Part shown: positions 58,657 to 64,000 of the stretch, one piece after another
Numbering within the stretch: position 1 is the stretch's first letter
Layout of the letters: the number at the start of each line of letters is the position of its first letter
Origin: the human T2T-CHM13v2.0 reference genome, Homo sapiens
DNA length: 64,000 nucleotides
Strand: one strand, 5' to 3'
Assembly: GCF_009914755.1 (NCBI RefSeq)
Contig: NC_060931.1
Made by a program: the position numbers and the translations under genes
The notes under the pieces: generated by a model
What the model saw: only the letters and a program-made list of their open reading frames with translations
Told to the model about the DNA's origin: nothing
Database searches by the model: none

Positions 58657-60619
58657 TGAAGATGATGGGTGGGGGGAGGGAGGGAGGGAGAACTGGAGCA
58701 GAATGTGGGGTGGGAGTGGGAGGCTCTTGGGCTCTTGAGGGTGACCCAGGACAGGACGCTGGAGGAGGAATGCTGGCACAGGGACAAAGCATGGTGAGAT
58801 GGGGGTGCTTAAGGAGCAGGAAGGAGATCCGTATGGCCAGAGCAGGGGGTGCAGAGAGGATGGGGTGAGGGACATTGTGGGGTGGGTCCGAGGCCATGAG
58901 AGAGACAGGCTGGGGCTGGACGCCGTGGGGTCCTCCAGCATCCCTCAAAAGGCAGGACCCAGATGCCCAGGCCTGGGGAGTGGTGTGGGAAGGAGCTGGT
59001 CGGGGTCTGCTCCCACCCCTAATCCTCATGGGGCAGACCGTGGCCCACACAGCCGGAAACCCCTGCCCCACCTGGGACTGGGAAGTCAGGGCCCAGCTTT
59101 TCCACACCAGCTTCTGCAGAGACATGCAGCTGGGCTGGCCTCGAACTCATGCTCCTGCCAAGGCTGCGGGGAAAAGACCCAGGGGAGCCATCAGCTCCCA
59201 AAATAACTTCACACCAGCTCCAGGACAGCTGTGGAGGGTGGAGGAGCCCAGCCCAGAGCTGGGAGCACTGCCAAGTCCTGGGGAGGGTGGGCCTGGAAAT
59301 GGATGGAGAGAGGGGGGCACGCAGAGAGGGCCAGAAGAAAACAAGGGATGTGGAGACAGGTATCCTCACCTGGAGAAACAGTCTGGGGGAAGGAGGGGAG
59401 AGGGACCCCCCAGTGAGTACAGGTCGCCAGTACTCCCTTAAGAGAGGCCTCTGCCGGACGCGCCCCCTCTCCCCCGCCCCCAGCCAGGAGGCCCTGCAGA
59501 GAGAGAGAAGACAGTGTCCCCAAGCCGGGGTCAGAGGGATGAGCCTCGGCAGGGATGGGGCCCCCACGGTGTCCAGAATCCCAGGAGCCCTATCTGACCA
59601 GGTTGGGCCCCACAGAGGGCCCATCTCCCAGCACCCCTGTTTTCCCAGAGGAGAAACTGAGGCTCAGAGAGACGGGGGAGTTAATCTGAGGAACCACAGC
59701 ATGGCTGTCAGGCGAGGGCACAGCTTGGCCAGGCAGTCTTCCCCCATGCCCTGCACACTTGGTCACCACTAATTCAGCTGGCCAGCAGGCTCCGATAGAA
59801 TGTTCCACCCACTCCTTGGGTCCCCAGGGCATTGGGAAATGTCCTCAGCGTAGCATGGCCAGCCCTGGGCAGAGCTGGTGGAGTTTCCCCAGCCCGAGGT
59901 GGTCAGGGGGCAAGGGAGAGCCGGGAAGGCTGGCAATGACGAAGTTGGGGAAGGTGAGGAAACTGAGGCAGAGAAGGAGCTCCCAGGGAGCCTGGCTGTC
60001 CCGTCTTCAGGCCCAGGCCCAGGGGAGGCTGGGAATTTAGGAGCTGGAGGTATTCTTCTGAGAGGAAAGCATTTTTGATGCAAGAAGCTTTATCCAGTTC
60101 TACACGAGCCAGTCATCTCCTTCATGTATTCAAGCAACATTTACGAATCGGTCACCGTGCCCTGGGAGCTGGGAGGCCACAGAGAACCACGACAATCTGG
60201 ACCAAAAAAAACTAACAAGGACCAAAGCTCAGAGGGGGTTGGGGCCAGCCTGAGCCCACTGGCTGTGGAGGGGGCTGTCTGGCAGGCAGGGAGGTGGGCA
60301 GCCCGATGATGGGGCTGGAGTTGGGGGTCAGGGGCCAGGGGCTGGCCTGGAGTCTGCATGGGTCAGTGTCAGGGCGGGGTCTGCAGGGCCTCCCGTGCCC
60401 CCAGCTCACCCCTGCCCGGAAAGAGAGGCACTTCCTTCTGAAAGCCTTAAGCATCTGCTGAATGACCCACATTGCTTGCTCCCCGGTGCTAACTTTTTGC
60501 CACGTGTTTTTCAGGATAGAAAATATAAGCAATGAAAAACCGTGTGTGTTTAACTCAGGTATTGGATGGAGGGCCTTCTACAAGATGGGATGGGGACACT
60601 TGAGTGAGGGCCAAGTTCA

Positions 60620-61172
<553 letters not shown>

Positions 61173-62413
61173 AGGTGGGCTTGTGCGCCAGGCTGGGAGC
61201 CAGGCAGAGGGTTCTGGGCGCTGACTGCCCAAGGAAAATGGTGTGAGAGGTGCTGGCACAAGGCCTGGGAGGGGATGCTTGGATTTAGCAACGAGAGGTC
61301 CTCAGAGGGCATGGAGTGAGTGGGCAGTGAGGAAACGGGGACCCTTCCTCCCCCTTTCACCCCCCTTTCCTGTCTCCCTCGGTCTCCACCCTCTCCACCC
61401 ACCATCCCAGGACCCTGCGCTCTGGGGGCAGAGCAGACACAAAGAGGGGCTCAGGGGCTGGAGTCTGGCTGCCACTCACCCTGGCCCCCAGGGCCACCAG
61501 GGGCCACCCCCACCCACCCGCTATCCCCGCTCCAACTGCTGCTCCCACTTCCCTCGGCCGGGACGGGACACAAGAGTCTTTCAAAAACATTTCCTTTGCA
61601 AAATAATCCTTCCAAAAATGTTTTTGGAAACGGACTCCTGATCTGAACAGGAAGACGTTAATTATGGTCCCTCCCCAGAGGGGCAGGGGGAGGAAGCCTG
61701 GTGGTCGAAACAGGAGCGGGGGCCAGGACAGCCCCAGCCCACACCCAGCCTCAGCCTCCTGCCCCCCAGGCCCCTGGGCCCAGCCCCTCCACCCACAATG
61801 GGGAGACAGAGACTTAGGGAGGGCCAGCGACATGGCCAAGGTCACAGGTCAGAAGCTGAGCAGGGTGGAGTCTTCTACTTCTGCTGCCACGTGGCATCCG
61901 TGCGAGAGCGTGGCGAGGCGTTGTGCATTCGTGTGTCTCTGTGCCTTTGTGTGCAGGAGTGAAGGTGGGGCGGGGGCAGGCAAGGAAGCTCCCAGGGTCC
62001 ACAGCCTCCCCAGGCCTGACTTCCTCCCCCAGCAGGCCACTTTCCCCTGGTGCCCAGGTGTTGGCCGGACTCCGACTACAGCAAGGAGGAAGGAGACAGG
62101 GCTGAGGACCTCCCTTTCTGCTGCTGCTCTTAAGCGCCAACCACCCTCCAAACAAGTGCCATCTGGGATCCCCCTGGGCCTAGATGAGGTCCCACCATAG
62201 ACGTTTTCTGAATGTACCTATGTCCATCTCAGTCAGCCCTGATGCTTATGTTCTGTGTCATGTAGTCTAACTGGTAGTAGGGATTGTAGTTAGCTTGGAA
62301 GTTTGGGGTATCTAAACCCGCACCTTTGCTGAGCCATCTAGCCAGAGATCCCACCATCCAGCATATGGCACCAGGGTTCATCTGAGTATAAATTCAAGGA
62401 ATGAGCTAGGAGC

Positions 62414-63887
62414 CATCCTTCCTCTCATCCATCCTTCTGACCATCCACGCACCCATCCCCCATCCATCCATCCATCCATCCATCCATCCATCCATCCATT
62501 CACCTATCCACCCATCTATCCACTCATTCATCCATCCATCTACCCACCCACCTACCCATCCACCCATCCATCCACCAACTCATCCATGCACACATCCATC
62601 CATCCATTCACCCATCCACCCATCTATCCACTCATTCATCCATCCATCTACCCACCCACCTACCCATCCACCCATCCACCCACCCATCCCCCATCCATCC
62701 ATCCATCCATCCATTCACCCATCCACCCATCCGCCCATCTATCCACCCATTCATCCATCCATCCATCCATCCATCCTTCTGACCATCCACCCACCCATCC
62801 CCCATCCATCCATCCATCCATCCATTCACCCATCCACCCATCCGCCCATCTATCCACCCATTCATCCATCCATCCATCCATCCTTCTGACCATCCACCCA
62901 CCCATCCCCCAACCATCATCCATCCATCCATCCATCCATCCATCCATTCACCCATCCACCCATCTATCCACTTATTCATCCATCCATCTACCCACCCACC
63001 TACCCATCCTCCCATCCATACACCAACTCATCCATGCACACATCCATCCATCCATCCATTCTTCTACCCATCCCTATCCACCCATTCATCTATCTATTCA
63101 TTCATCCATCCATCCATCCATCCATCCACCCACTCATCAGTCCTCTGTCCATCCATCCATCCATCCATCCATCCATCCATCTATCCATTCACCTATCCAC
63201 CCACCCACTCACCCACCCATCAGTCCTCTGTCCATCCATCCATCCATCCATCCATCCGTCTATCCATTCATCCATCCATCCACCCACCCACCCACCCACA
63301 CATCAGTCCTTCTGTCCATCCATCCATCATCCACCCACACATCAGTCCTTCTGTCCATCCATCCATCATCCACCCACACATCAGTCCTTCCGTCCATCCA
63401 TCTATGCATCATCCATTCATCCATCCATCCACCCACCCACCATCCATCTCTCCATCCAGCTGTCCCAACCTGCACTTTCCTCTTCATCCATCCACCCACC
63501 CACCCACTCACCCACCCATCAATCCTCTGTCCATCCATCCATCCATCCAACCATCCATCCACCCACTCACCCACTCACCCACCCACGCATCAGTCCTTCT
63601 GTCCATCCATCCCTCCATCCACCCACACATCAGTCCTTCTGTCCATCCATCTATCCATCATCCATTCATCCATCCATCCACCCACCGACCCACACATCAG
63701 TCCTTCTGTCCATCCATCTATTCATCCATCCATTCACCCATCCATCCATCCATCCATCCATCCATCCATCCATCCATCCACCCACACATCAGTCCTTCTG
63801 TCCAGCCAGGCAGCCAGCCTGCCAGCCAGCCATCCATCCACCCACTCACCCACCCACACATCAGTCCTTTTGTCCATACATCCATCT
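62414..63887. repeat. ~1.5-kb degenerate (CCAT/CCAC)n array with higher-order units
   Basis: Directly visible; source of the HPSI/MDGW pseudo-ORFs. Confidence 0.97.
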
Positions 63888-64000
63888 ATTTTATTTTATT
63901 TATTTATTTTTTGAGATGGAGTCTCGCTTTGTCACCCAGGCTGGAGTGCAGTGGCACGATCTCGGCTCACTGTAACCTCTGCCTCCCGGGTTCAAGTGAT
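63888..64000 (-). mobile_element. Alu, cut by the window end
   Basis: tttgagatggagtctcgc... Confidence 0.9.

Noticed and set aside
62586-63975. 442-aa and 313-aa His/Pro/Ser/Ile ORFs
   Set aside because: Translation of a stop-free (CCAT)n repeat

Overview
Human (primate) genomic DNA, recognisable as the 7p22.3 CHST12-GRIFIN interval; from general knowledge of the locus, LFNG lies just beyond the right end. Two protein-coding genes are supported. CHST12 (chondroitin 4-O-sulfotransferase 2) has a single coding exon, + 4025-5269, 414 aa, with a splice acceptor at 3946-3947. GRIFIN (galectin-related inter-fiber protein) is on the - strand with five coding exons at 46255-47769 that splice to an intact 144-aa ORF. 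The rest is very Alu-dense intronic/intergenic DNA with old L1/L2/MIR fragments, ERV LTRs, hAT DNA transposons, minisatellites and a 1.5-kb (CCAT)n tract. Almost all other ORFs in the track are Alu, simple-repeat or GC-shadow artefacts. I see no convincing new multi-gene system. The best leads are regulatory or retrotransposition-related: a 28-bp minisatellite multimerising overlapping TEAD/GCM/E-box motifs, a dense TCF/LEF plus RBPJ site cluster, a G-rich VNTR in the GRIFIN promoter, a CHST12 uORF, a near-consensus AluYa5, a tiny polyadenylated LTR retrocopy carrying poly(A) signals on both strands, and several unusual insertion architectures. Repeat-family names come from remembered consensus sequences and need RepeatMasker/Dfam confirmation.
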